A stretch of DNA of 64,000 bases, taken from NCBI GenBank assembly GCA_009914755.4, contig CP068257.2:33120001-33184000 (forward strand), in the 5' to 3' direction. The stretch comes from the human T2T-CHM13v2.0 reference genome, Homo sapiens. Both the position numbers and the translations under genes were made by a program. The stretch's first letter is position 1. Every line of letters begins with the position of its first letter. This document shows positions 43,560-56,649 of this stretch, in pieces. The notes beneath the pieces are model-generated. The model searched no databases. It was not told the DNA's origin and saw only the letters and a list, made by a program, of their open reading frames with translations.

Positions 43560-43945
43560 CATCCTAGTCCATTTGTGTTGATAAAATACCTGAGAATGGG
43601 CAATTTATAAACAATAGAAATGTATTTTCTCACAGATCTGGAGGCTGGGATGTCCAAGGCACTTGTGGGTTTGGTGTCTAACAGGAGCTCGGTCTTTGTT
43701 TCCAAGATGATGCCTCGTTGCTACCAGAGAGGATGGATGCTGTGTCTTACGTGGTGGAAGGGGCAAAAGGGTAAAAATGGGCCTGGCTGGTTCCCTCCAG
43801 CCCTTTGTAAGACACTAATCCCATTCATGAGGGCTCCAACCTCATGACGGAACCACCTCCTAAAGGCCCCACTTCTGTGACTACTGCCAGGTTGGTGATT
43901 ACGTTTCAACATAGGAATTTTGGGGGACACATTTAAACTGTAGCA
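43560..43945 (+). mobile_element. Second copy of the same ~390-bp LTR-like repeat, in plus orientation.
   Basis: agtccatttgtgttgataaaatacctgagaatgggcaatttataaacaatagaaatgtattttctcacagatctggaggctgggatgtccaag...actaatcccattcatgagggctccaacctcatgac...tttcaacataggaattttgggggacacatttaaactgtagca. Confidence 0.55.
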
Positions 43946-44514
43946 GCAAGGAGCACAAAGGATTGCAGAATCCACCAGAAATGGAGAAGGAGAAAGACCT
44001 GGAACAAATTCTCCCTCAGATCCTTCAGAAGGAATCCACCCTGCTGACACCTTGATCTTAGACTTCTGGCCACCGTAACTGTGAGACAATACATTTCTGT
44101 TGTTTTAAGCCACCAAGTTTGTGGTTCTTTGTTATATTAGCCCTAGAGGAAACAATTACCCCGTCCACCATACAATATGTTACTTATTAATTTGCTTAGG
44201 GTCTGCCTCCCCATTAGGAGGGAGAGGATTCTGTCTGTGTTTATTGCCACGTCTCCTGTGGCTGGCATGGGGCCTGGCACAGAGTAGATGCCACAAATAC
44301 TTCCTGGAAAAATGAATAAAAGTTCACTCAGCTGAACCTGGTATGTGGGTCTCCCAGCACCTCCTGTGGCCATTTCTGCTGCATCCTCCGCCACTCCCAC
44401 CTGCAGCGGGTGACTGACTCTTCAGTGACAGAGGAGCTGCACACAGGTGGCGAAACACATCTCATGTGGACGTCTGAACCTAGTGCCTGCCCAGGCTGCT
44501 AGATACCTGAGACT

Positions 44515-44880
44515 GTGATATGGTTTGGCTGTAATCCCACCCAACTGTCATCTCGAATTGTAGCTCCCATAATTCCTACATGTTGTGGGAGGAACCTGGT
44601 GGGAGATAATTGAATCATGGGGGACGGTTTCCCCCATACTGTCCTTGTGGTAGTGAATAAGTCTCACAAGATCTGACGGTTTTATAAGGGGTTCCCCCTT
44701 TCACTTGGCTCTCATTTTCTCTCTTGCAGCCGCCATGTAGGAAGTGCCTTTAGCCTTCTGCCATGATTGTGAGGCCTCCCCAGCCATGTGCAACTGTGAG
44801 TCCATTCAACCTCTTTTTCTTTATAAATTACCCAGTCTCGGGGATGTCTTTGTCAGCAGCATGAAAACAGACTAATACAG
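44515..44880 (+). mobile_element. THE1-family MaLR solo LTR.
   Basis: tgtgatatggtttggctgtaatcccacccaactgtcatctcgaattgtagctcccataattcctacatgttgtgggaggaacctggtgggagataattgaatcatggggg...ttataaattacccagtctcggggatgtctttgtcagcagcatgaaaacagactaatacag. Confidence 0.9.
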
Positions 44881-47194
44881 ACTGGTATCTAGAAACTCAC
44901 CGATCTTATGCAGTTCTTCCCACCAGAGATGTGGTTCTTTTCTCTGGAACTAGGACACAGGGAGAGTGTGAGTTATCCTAGGGCATGATCTGGGTCTTAT
45001 TCAATTTGGAATCCCCAGTAATAGGCAGAGAGAAAGCACAGGACAGAGAGCTGTTGAACGAATTACTGGGTAATAATAGCTTATATTTTTTAGAGCATTC
45101 ATAAGGTAGCAGGCACTGTTCAAAGAGCTTGGCGTGCTTCAATGCATGTCAACCTCACAATAAACCTATTATTTTAATTTTACAGACTGGGAAAGTGAGG
45201 TGCAGAGGTATTTTGCAACGTGCCCACAGAACCCCAGCGAGCCCGTGTTGGAGTTACAACTGTGCCTCAGGGAGCATTCTCAGGCAGCATTCTCTTATGC
45301 TTCACCGTCTCACAGATGATAAGGTTTCATTCAAGGACTTACAACAGCAACCCGGAGGGAGCATTCTCAGTGGCTGGTAGATGCCATTTGTACTGAGCAG
45401 GACAATTAAGCCCAATTCTGGAAAAATTCTGCTTTCTCTATTCAATGCATTTTATAAATGTCTTCACTCAGCACATTTACCCTACTAATTATATTTTGCT
45501 TTGTGATCATGGTATGTCATTTGCATTCCTTCAGCACACACTGACTGATGGGGAAGAGATGTTGGGTGACCCAGGCAAGCCAAACAGGATTAAAGCCTGC
45601 TGTCTCACCAGGTGGATAATCCACTTTGAACACTTGAGAGGGGAGTGTTGAGATCACACCCCTTCCCATGGGACATTTTTCTGGGAAATAAAATCGGTGA
45701 CAAACACCACGCTTGAACACTCACATTGACTCTAGGGTGCAGGCTGAGCTCATCTGGTGCAGGGGAGTAATGCAGAGGCGAGGCCTGAGTCAGCGCCAGG
45801 CACAGGAAGGGGATGCAGGATGCACCACAGCCCATGCCTCTTAGGAGAAAATCTGGGCCTTCTCCATGGCTGTGTCTCTATTAATTTGCTAAGGCTGCCC
45901 AAATAAAGCACCACACATGGGCAGCTTACATAACAGGAATTTATTCTCAGTTCTGGAGGCCGGCAGTCTGAGATCAAGGTGTCAGCACAGCTGGTTCCTT
46001 CTGAGGACTGTGCAGGAGAATCTGTTCCAGGCCTCTCCCTGAACTTCTGGGGGTCACTGGCCATATTTGGCATTCCTTGGCTTATAGAAGCAATACCCCA
46101 ATTTCTGCCTTCATCCGCATGTGGCATTCTCCCTGTGTGCGTGTTTCTGTGTCCACATTTTTCCTTTTTATAAGGATACCAGTCATGTTGGAGGTCTACC
46201 CTACTCCTTGATGACCTTATCTTAACTAGTTATATCTGCAACAAACCTATTTCCAAATTAGGTCACATTCTGAGGTCCTGGGGGTTAGGACTTTAACATA
46301 TGAATTTTAAGAGGACACAATCCAACCCATAATAGTAACTTTGTCCCTCTCTCTCTTTTGACACAATAATGACCCTATGCAGGGATATTTCTAGGTGGCT
46401 ACTGTCTGTGTGTGTGTGGTAGGGGGACTTCTAGTACTGTTTTGGATTACTGTTGACAGACAGCAGCCTGAGGCTAGGAAGCACTTTGGGGCCATGACTT
46501 AGAGCAAAGCTAGTAAGTTTTCTCAGGAATTTGAACCCAGAATTTCATCCCCATGGCACTTTAATCCAGTACATTTAATGGCTCAGATGACCCTGGCCTT
46601 ATCAGCCTGGTGCTCTAAGCAGCTGACCTAACAGTGTGTGCATGCGTGTATGCACATGTGTATGTTATGTGCATATATAAGTGCATACACATAATGTTGG
46701 ACACAGAAATATCTCTGAGAACTGTCCCTTTATCACCCTTCAGATAAAATTATTCTCAGCTTGCTTAGTTGCAGTGTTTCTTACTTTGCATCTCCTAACA
46801 CTTTCATACATTTCTCCCGAAGTGCATAGGCAAGGAGCTTCAACGGAATTCAATGTCAACCTGGTCATCTTACCATGATTTCTAGGAAAAAATGTGTGTA
46901 ATTGGTTCATGCCCTCCTTCTGTACAGATTACAATTCTCCTTTTTTGGCATGAAAACCTCCATCTGTCTTTTGAAAGCACATGTCACTTATTTATTAAAG
47001 TCCTCCCCAACTTGTTCAGGTTGAGTTTCACTAGTACCTTTCTGGAGTATTTTATACCTATGTTATAGCCCCATATGTTATACTTTGGATGTCTGTTTAC
47101 CTGTCTGTAAGACTGTCTGCATAATTCATGGGCCTTGTACAAAATAAGAATTCAGGGACTCTTGTTACAAGAAACTATTAAGAATTTCAAGATG

Positions 47195-47497
<303 letters not shown>

Positions 47498-49875
47498 TGG
47501 AGATAGCAGAACCATATAGGAAGTGTGGGGTCCTTGTAAGAGTGTGGTCCATAAACTTGGCTTTGTCTGTCTGCCTGGTTCATGGATTGTGACTATCCTC
47601 AGTTCCCCAGTGCCCATCATTCAACAAATGTTAGATGAATAAATGAATCAATATGTGAATGACTGTAAGAATAAGCTTTTGATGAAAGGCAGCCATTTTG
47701 TAAGCAAGACATTGCTGCTTTTAATTGTCCGCAGAAAGCCTCACAGAATCACTGCGGTGAGAGGAAAAAAAGTGTCTGCATGCAATTATTCGTAATAACA
47801 AATAATCATACTTTGTATGCGTGTAAGACTTTTCATGTTCAAAACACTTTCAAAACATTAATTAATTCTTACAACAGCATCAATGAAATTGAAACTAGAA
47901 GGAGAATTTGAGGTATGCAAAATTTAATTACCAATATTAAAATTTGCCACACAACTCACACTCCTCCCACTGGGCCAGGAAACACATTCCATGCCATCTT
48001 CTCTCTCTCTGAAAAAAACATGAACATGAGAACTTAGTTCTATTATATCAGTCAGGAAGGAGGCAAAACTATCTGTGGAGAAACCCCAAGGGGTGGGGAG
48101 AGGTATTTATACATCTGAGGGAGGATTGCATTTATTCATCTGTGAGTTCCCTTTAGATTCTGGGATTTAGGATTCTGGGAACCCAGGTAAGCATCGTCAT
48201 GACCACAGGGTGGGCTCATTTTGAATAAAGATGTGGGGAATTCTGTGAGGTTATAAGATAAACCCCAGCCAGTTCTTTCCCCCGACCCCCAAGAAATGGT
48301 GGTGACTTCTTAGAATCCTGAGCCACATTGGGAAACTCTGGTGGGGACTTTGTCTACATTATTGGAGGGTGGGTGGAGTGTGGGTGGGAAAGCTTGGCCT
48401 TATACAAAGACAGCCCAAAGTGGGCAATGTGGAGCTGCTTCTAGAACCCTGAACATTCTGAACTTTTGGATCCTCTAGGCTGGAGGGGTGGGGGTAGGCA
48501 TTGGTGCACCTTAGCAGGGGGAGGAGCTACCTGTCCTCTCTGGAGCAGAGAGAGCCTTCACACGGAGGACACCTGGGCTCTGTTTCCCATGAGGCATGAG
48601 GCCACTGGGTGGGGGGTGTCCTGGTGTCCTCAGCCAAGGACTCCTGCCTCCTGAAGGAAACGAGAGCATAGCTCCACATTCCCTAAGTGGGGCTGTGCAT
48701 CGTGACTTCCTTCCAAAGGGGACAGTGAAAAGTCGGGGGAGATAAAAGGGTAACATTCTGGAAGAGAGATATAACAAACGCTACTTCAGCCAGGCGATCA
48801 AGGTCAACATCAAGGCACAAATGTTTGTTGTTTTCTTCTTCAGGCCTAGGTTTCTCCTCTGAAATAACTTGAGCTCTTCAGAAGGTACAAAATCTCTCTG
48901 ACACTAAAGTTTAGTTTAACGACTGGCTAGAGACGTGGTAATCAAGCATCTCACTGACAAGCTTCTGTTTTCTTCTTCTTTGTGCATGGCCATGTCCATG
49001 TACTGCCTGATCCTACCCCTGTTTCCTACCTGTGCTCAGGAGCGGTGACTTCTAGGTCACATCCTTTCTTGCTGACCCCACTTTGGTTCCTGACATTTTT
49101 TGTGGTCCTCCTGCAGACCATTTAAGATCAATGTTAAAGCAAACTAAATATGGCCTGAGAAGGACTCCATATTTCTATATTTGAGTCCTGTGGATGAACT
49201 GTAACCTAGCTTAATGGTCAGACAAAATTAAAAACCTAACTTAATAGTATGCACCTGTAACAATAGCTAAGGGTTGGCCAATCCCAGTGGTCATAATTCA
49301 ACCACTCATAGACTCCTGAATGTTCAAACTGCGTTCAAATAAGGCAAACGCCAAGCTGTAACCAATCTCACTGTATCTGTACCTCACTTCCGATTCTTGT
49401 ACATCACTCTACCTGTTTGGTCTATAAATTTGTTCTGACCACGAGGCACCCCTGGAGTCTCCGTGAATCTGCTGTGTTCCTGGGGGCTGCCCGATTCACA
49501 AATTGTTCATTGCTCAGTTAAACTCCTTTAAACTTGATTCGGCTGAAGATTTTCTTCTATCATCAGTCATGAGGTCCCATGAGACAGCAGTGACAGAACT
49601 GGAAGATACTTTAGACAGTAATTCTTGGTGGGAAGATACCTTGAGTTGAACCCAGAGTCTTGAAACTAAAATACTAAAGATACTTTGCACTGGGGTGGTG
49701 GTGAGAGAAGTATTTCTTTTAAAAAACTCCCAACCACTACCCAAGCCTGATTCCTGCAATGTACAGCAATGAAGGCAGATGAAGCTTCCTGGCCTTAGGT
49801 TGAACATACAGCCCTTTCCACTTTGGGTTGGCTAGTGTCATGTAACTCTTTTTAGTTTCTTTATTATTATTATTA

Positions 49876-50157
49876 TTTTTGAGATGGAGTCTCGCTCTGT
49901 CGCCCAGGCTAGAGTGCAGTGGCGCGATCTCGGCTCACTGCAACTTCCGCCTCCCGGGTTCACGCCATTCTTCTGCCTCAGCCTCCTGAGTAGTTGGGAC
50001 TACAGCCGCCACCACGCCAGGCTAATTTTTTATATTTTTAGTAGAGACAGAGTTTCACCGTGTTAGCCAGGATGGTCGCGATCTCCTGACCTCATGATCC
50101 GCCCGCCTCGGCCTCCCAACGTGCTGGGATTACAGGCGTGAGCCACCGCGCCGGCCT
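49876..50157 (-). mobile_element. AluY-like element about 250 bp beyond the inferred RUNX1 poly(A) site, embedded in a (TTA)n tract that acts as the TSD.
   Basis: tttttgagatggagtctcgctctgtcgcccaggctagagtgcagtggcgcgatctcggctcactgcaacttccgcctcccgggttcacgccattcttctgcc... It is flanked by ttattattattatt on both sides. Confidence 0.9.
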
Positions 50158-50430
50158 ATTATTATTTTTTAAAACAAGCATTAAAACATGCTTCAGTGCT
50201 CTTTCATATGCAAAGAAGCAACCCTGGGAGCCTGCGCCTTTTCCAGGCCCTCATGCCTTCAGAAGCCAGAGTGTGCTAGGAGCACCGGGGGTGAGGACAT
50301 AGCTTCAGCCTGAAGCTGTTCACTGGAGGTATCTTCCTAGTGTGTGCAGTGGGCCTTACTCAGTTTCCCAACCCTCCATCTCAGAGAAAGACAAAACCAA
50401 TTGGATATGGTGTATGTACTTGTCAAACTG

Positions 50431-50436
50431 TTTATT
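50431..50436 (-). terminator. RUNX1: Candidate distal poly(A) signal, AATAAA on the minus strand, with cleavage expected around 50405-50420.
   Basis: The minus strand reads ggcAAATAAAcagtttgacaagtaCAtacaccatatccaattggttttgtctttctct. This contains a canonical hexamer, a CA about 15 nt downstream, and then a U/GU-rich downstream element. Confidence 0.5.
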
Positions 50437-50911
50437 TGCCATTCACACTGATTGTAACACTGGATTTACAGAAGAAACTGTGGTACAAAGAGAGGAAGGC
50501 TCTGGTGGCTCCTGAACAGCAGCAGTCCAGCTGCCCTGCTCAGGCTGGGCACGACGAATGCTCCCAGGAGAGGGGAGGCGGCCCACCCGACTGTGTACCA
50601 TGGACTGTGGACAGTGCAGTGCCTGCTCTCCTGTGCTATCTAGAAACACCTTGGAGAGAGGGTTCTGGGATATTCTCTCATGTCATCTGGCTGAAGACAC
50701 CAGCTTGACAGTTCCCCTTTAAGAAGCATTCCATACGTTTGTACCAGGGAGAAAGAAGCCCACGCACGAATTTTCAGGATGTTTTGTGACCAAACCCAAT
50801 AACTGCCACACAAATAGACCCTAGGTGGGGGCTGGCTTAAATAGGACCACATTTCCCGTTGCTTTTTCAGTAGATGTGTTATACCGTCATTTCAATTTGA
50901 AAGTTTATTTT

Positions 50912-50917
50912 TTTCCA
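50912..50917 (-). terminator. RUNX1: Alternative candidate poly(A) signal within the 3'UTR (AATAAA on the minus strand).
   Basis: The minus strand reads caatggaaaaaAATAAActttcaaattgaaatgacggtataaca. The hexamer is present but the downstream element is weaker. Confidence 0.3.
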
Positions 50918-52189
50918 TTGATTTTTATACATCCAGAATAACACAAATAACCAACAGTTCTTTTTCTTTTTTTGCACATTCATTTCCCCTAGAACAAAAA
51001 AAGTGAACTTAAAAAAAATTGGAACCATGCTATTAGCTGTTTACAAAAGTGAATAAGAAGTAGCTCATTTTAAAGTCTAAAATAAACAAAGTAGAAAGAA
51101 GCATTTTTTTCCCTACAGTATTTAGCAAACCTAAGAAAAAGTCCTTAGAAACACACACAAAAAAATTGAAAAAAAGTTATAGGCATTAACAATATTTTAT
51201 AATGAAGCTTAAAATCTATTTACATACATAAATACAATTAACTTTGTTGATGCAACTCTTCTGGAAGGAAAAAAAGAGCCAAATGATCAGCCTCATCAAT
51301 ACTGACCTGGCTAAAAACAAAATTCCCAACAAACACACAAAAATCCCAAAACAAATGTATACGCTACGGTAAACAAAAAGGCATTTTGTTCAGATGTAAA
51401 ATATGTTTTGTGAGATTATTGTCAAACAAATTTTCATGTATAAAAGACCCAAACATGTCATTCCCCCCAAAAATAAAAACCAACAAAAATAAAAATCATC
51501 AGGACGGAATGTCCCAAAGAAACAGGTATTTCAAGGCAGAAATCTGCAATCCTAAATTGCAGGACATTTGAGTGGAACCATTCATTTCCTTTCTAATCAG
51601 AGCATTTCTGTTTATCTGCACAGAAACCCAAGGCAGCAGAAAGGCTGTCTATTTACTCACTGATTGTGATTTGCCCAGGAAAGTTTGCTGGTTTGGACAG
51701 CAAGCAGATCCAATATGGTTGGCAATGTCTCTGTTCTGCTGGAAGAAACCCATAAACAGGAGAAAGGCTGACAAACCATGTTCCTTTATGTGAAGGGGGA
51801 AGAACTGGACCTTCTTGTGTTCTGAAATTTGGTACTGGGTGGGGGTATGTGCTATCTGCTTAAGAGAACACAGGAAAAGGAGGAGGGAGAAAGTGGGGTT
51901 TGGAAGATAGAGGAAGAGAGAAAAAAAGGGAGATATTGGGGGGAAGAGAGGGAGGGAAATGTATTTTCAGATAGTGAGAAAAAGAAAGAACTGAAATATG
52001 TATCCATGTTGAAATCATAAATAGGGACATGAGTAAGCAGTAGAAATGGCTTATTCAATACTTCTCCTGGACCAGACACATGCAGTTATTACATGATTGG
52101 CTTAAGGGTCTCATTGATACCTTAACTTTCCTGAGGGCAATGAATAAAAAGATACCTTAATCTACCTGAAGTCAATGAATGCAATTTTT

Positions 52190-52225
52190 CACACACACAC
52201 ACACACACGCACACACACACACATA
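52190..52225. repeat. (CA)n microsatellite inside the RUNX1 3'UTR.
   Basis: cacacacacacacacacgcacacacacacacatac. Confidence 0.85.
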
Positions 52226-54381
52226 CAAAAATGTGTTGCGTGAGACCTATCGCCAAAACAACTACAGTTTGATTTTTTTTGAAACAATTAAATACTATAT
52301 ATGCTGGTAAGAGTCTGTGAAACTCTAAATGACCAATCCAGTGAGCCTACAATAGTGACAAGCCCCCTCCACACATGGCTTTGAGAGTAAAGGTTCAATG
52401 TAAAAGATTATCTAATCAGAGCATGAGGCTGGTTTTGAGTTGGAATATCTTCAGTTAACAGAATTAAACTGAAAAACATAATTTTTTCCTTCATTTTTCT
52501 CCAGCATTTTTGCAGGTCAGACATGGTAACATGTGCTGAAAAAAAACATTTACGTTTAATTTGGGGGAAATGGGCTAATGGTGCTTTTCAGAAATTAAAT
52601 TTTTACATTTGCTGACATTTTATGGTAATTTAGCTGCAAAAATGTAATACGGAATAATATATGAAACTGAGTTGTGGAGGGAATCCTGTCAAAAATGAAA
52701 GTGAATATATTCTGAGTTTGTCCGAGATCTGCTATAGCTCTTCTCTAGATAAGAACGACCTGACAACATAAGCTGCTTTACTCTTTAACTCTTACCAAAG
52801 TGCTACTGCATGTGTGTAAAACAAATAATCAATATATATATAAGAAAACTCAAAAACAAGTTGTTTTAAATAAGTCCAGCTGTTTTTGCTGCCTGCAGCC
52901 AAAGATTTGCCTAATTTGAATGCTTAAATTTATAAAATAAAAATCAAACACTGTTCTGAAGTCCTGCTTTCAAATACTCTTCAGAGTTGACCTGAAATCG
53001 TTTCAACGAATTTTAAGAGGTACGTTAAATAACCACCAGATCATTTGGAGCACACATGTGTCAAAATCAGCAGTTAGTATTTATGAGTTGTACAACAACT
53101 GCATTCTGACCAAATCCTCCAATAAAAATAGTGCCATAAAATTTACAGCGACATTGGATACCTTTGAATTGTAGCCACGGACAGTAGTGACATGAATCTT
53201 TCCTGTCACACTGGTGCACAGGTAAAAGCCCATATACCCCATAGGGTAGGGTCTCAGCCTGGTGAAAGCAACACAAAGATGTTGTTGAGTGAGCAGCACA
53301 GGACAGGGGGTCTCGCACAGGTGGGACCATGTTTTCCCACTTGTCTCCACTGAGGCACACAGAGGCAAATTGACTCCTCGAGGCCTGCTTCTGGTGGGCC
53401 CTTAAATTGCTATAATCGTAACCCCTAAATTCATTGATTTGGTTCCTATGTAAATGTGGCTCCCCTACACAGTTTACTTTGGCTGTGTTCTGTTACACAG
53501 CATCTGTGAAATTATCAGATGACCTTGGGGTGAGCAAATCCCTGGGCAGAAATCAAATCCTCTCCAAAGATGTAATTATTGGCACCTGCCTCAACCCTCT
53601 GGAACTAGATTGACCTTCTCTGTTTTAAGGAGGAAGTTAGATATGAGACCCTTGTTGAGCCTGGCAGAAAATTCCATACTTCTGATCCTTGGAGTGACCC
53701 TCAGTGTCTAAAAATCCTATTAAAAACGTTGCTGCGTGAGCTACTCACTTGTTTGATTAACATGAAAGGGAGTTTAATGTAAACAATACTTCTGGATAAC
53801 CAAGCGATCACATTACTCATTCTTTTTTTCTAGCCTTCTTCAATGTGATACATTTAACTTTGGCTACTATCAAGAACAAAAGAAAATGTAGTACTTGATA
53901 TTTTTCTTAATATAAGTACATTTAAATAATTAAAAAATTATCAACACATAAATGTCTGAACATCAAGATACATAAATATCTGGGGATTCCTTGTGGGAAT
54001 ACAGTAGTTAAAAATGACCCAAAGCTGTAGCTGTTTCTCAAAAAAACAAAACAAAACAAAAAAAAACAACTACCCAAAAGTCCAAAAGAAAAGTTAAATA
54101 AAACTTAAAGAAAAGGGAATCATATTTCTTTCCATGGTCAAAGCAAGAAAGAAGCAAGCTCAATTTATATATATTTATATAAACGTATATAAAAATAAAA
54201 ACCACCCAAATGCAAATACGCATTTTGCAATTGATAAGGTGCGGAAAAATTAAAAATAAGAATTAGATGCCAAACAGGGCGAGTTGCATCCCTCCTCTCC
54301 CCCCACCCCAACCAAAATTCCACACTCTTTGGAATAAACAACTTGGTTAAAAAGTTAAGTCAAGGGTATAAAATCTTTCTT

Positions 54382-54387
54382 TTTATT
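54382..54387 (-). terminator. RUNX1: Possible proximal poly(A) signal about 355 nt after the stop codon (short-3'UTR isoform candidate).
   Basis: The minus strand reads tgctgtgAATAAAaagaaagattttatacccttgacttaac. A hexamer is present. Evidence is weak without transcript data. Confidence 0.25.
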
Positions 54388-54429
54388 CACAGCATTGCTA
54401 AATCAGAAGCATTCACAGTTTCCCTCCGG

Positions 54430-55294
<865 letters not shown>

Positions 55295-55862
55295 CTACCC
55301 AGGATGATACCGCCTAGGAGGATGGGAAGCCACCCAGGATGCTACTGCCGGGGAGGACGGGGACCACCCGGGATGCTACTCCCAAGAGGACGAGGATTAC
55401 CCAGGATGCTATACCCAGGGGGACAGGGACCACCCAGGATGCCACCTCCTGAGATGACGAGGATCACCCAGCATGTCACCTCCCAAGAGGATGGGGACTA
55501 CCCATGATGCTATGCCCAGGAGGTCGGGGACCACTCAGGATGCCACCTCCTGAGAGGACGGAGACCACCCAGGATGACACCACCTGGGAGGATGGAGACC
55601 ACCCAGGATGCTACCGCCTAGGAGGACGGGGGACACCCAGGATGCTACTGTCCAGGGAGATGGGTTTCTATCAGAATTTACCGCCCAGGAAGATTGGAAC
55701 CACACAGGATTGCTACCACCTGGGAGGATGGGGGCTACTGAGGATGCTGCTGCCTAGGGAGAGGGTTTCTACCCAGAATCTGCCACCCAAAAAGATGAGG
55801 TCACCCAGGATGCTATGCCCAGGAGGACGGGGATCAGGAGGCTGCTACTGCCCAGGAGGATG
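55295..55862. repeat. GC-rich minisatellite of about 17 degenerate copies of a ~33-36-bp unit (consensus roughly CACCCAGGATGCTACTGCCCAGGAGGACGGGGAC). It lies in the last RUNX1 intron, beginning about 80 bp from the exon acceptor.
   Basis: Visible periodicity shows cccaggatgcta...ggaggacgggga recurring every ~34 bp. It generates the periodic ORFs 55304..55507 and 55504..55878 (PGGRGPPRML...). Confidence 0.85.
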
Positions 55863-56030
55863 GTATAATATACAGTAATATAATACGGTAATATAGAATA
55901 TCATGTAATGTAATATGACATGATATATGAAATGATGTAGTATAGCATAATATGTATAGTATAGATATAATGTGCAATAGTATATACTATAATATGTATA
56001 ACGTATATAAAATGTTGATATAATCCTAGG
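55863..56030. repeat. AT-rich simple/low-complexity tract (TAATATA/ATGTA-type) directly abutting the GC-rich minisatellite.
   Basis: The tract reads ggtataatatacagtaatataatacggtaatatagaatatcatgtaatgtaatatg... Confidence 0.7.
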
Positions 56031-56259
56031 GTTGGCAAACTGCAGCCTGCCAGCCAAATCTGGCATTTTTGCATGTCCCAGGAGGTAAGAATGCATTTTA
56101 CATTTTTTAAATGGTTGAAAAAAAAATCCAAAAAAGAATACTTCCTGACCTGTTAAAATGACAGGAAATTCAAACTTCAGTGTCCATCCATACTTCGGAA
56201 CACATCCTCACTCATTCTTTCATGTACTGCCTGTGGTTGCTTTAGAGCCACTACTGTAA

Positions 56260-56649
<390 letters not shown>

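Noticed and set aside
55304-55878. Periodic ORFs PGGRGPPRMLLPRGRG.... I also considered that the regular ~34-bp array might be CRISPR-like.
   Set aside because: This is a eukaryotic GC-rich minisatellite. All units are degenerate copies of one another with no unique spacers, and it lies inside a human intron. The ORFs are repeat translations.
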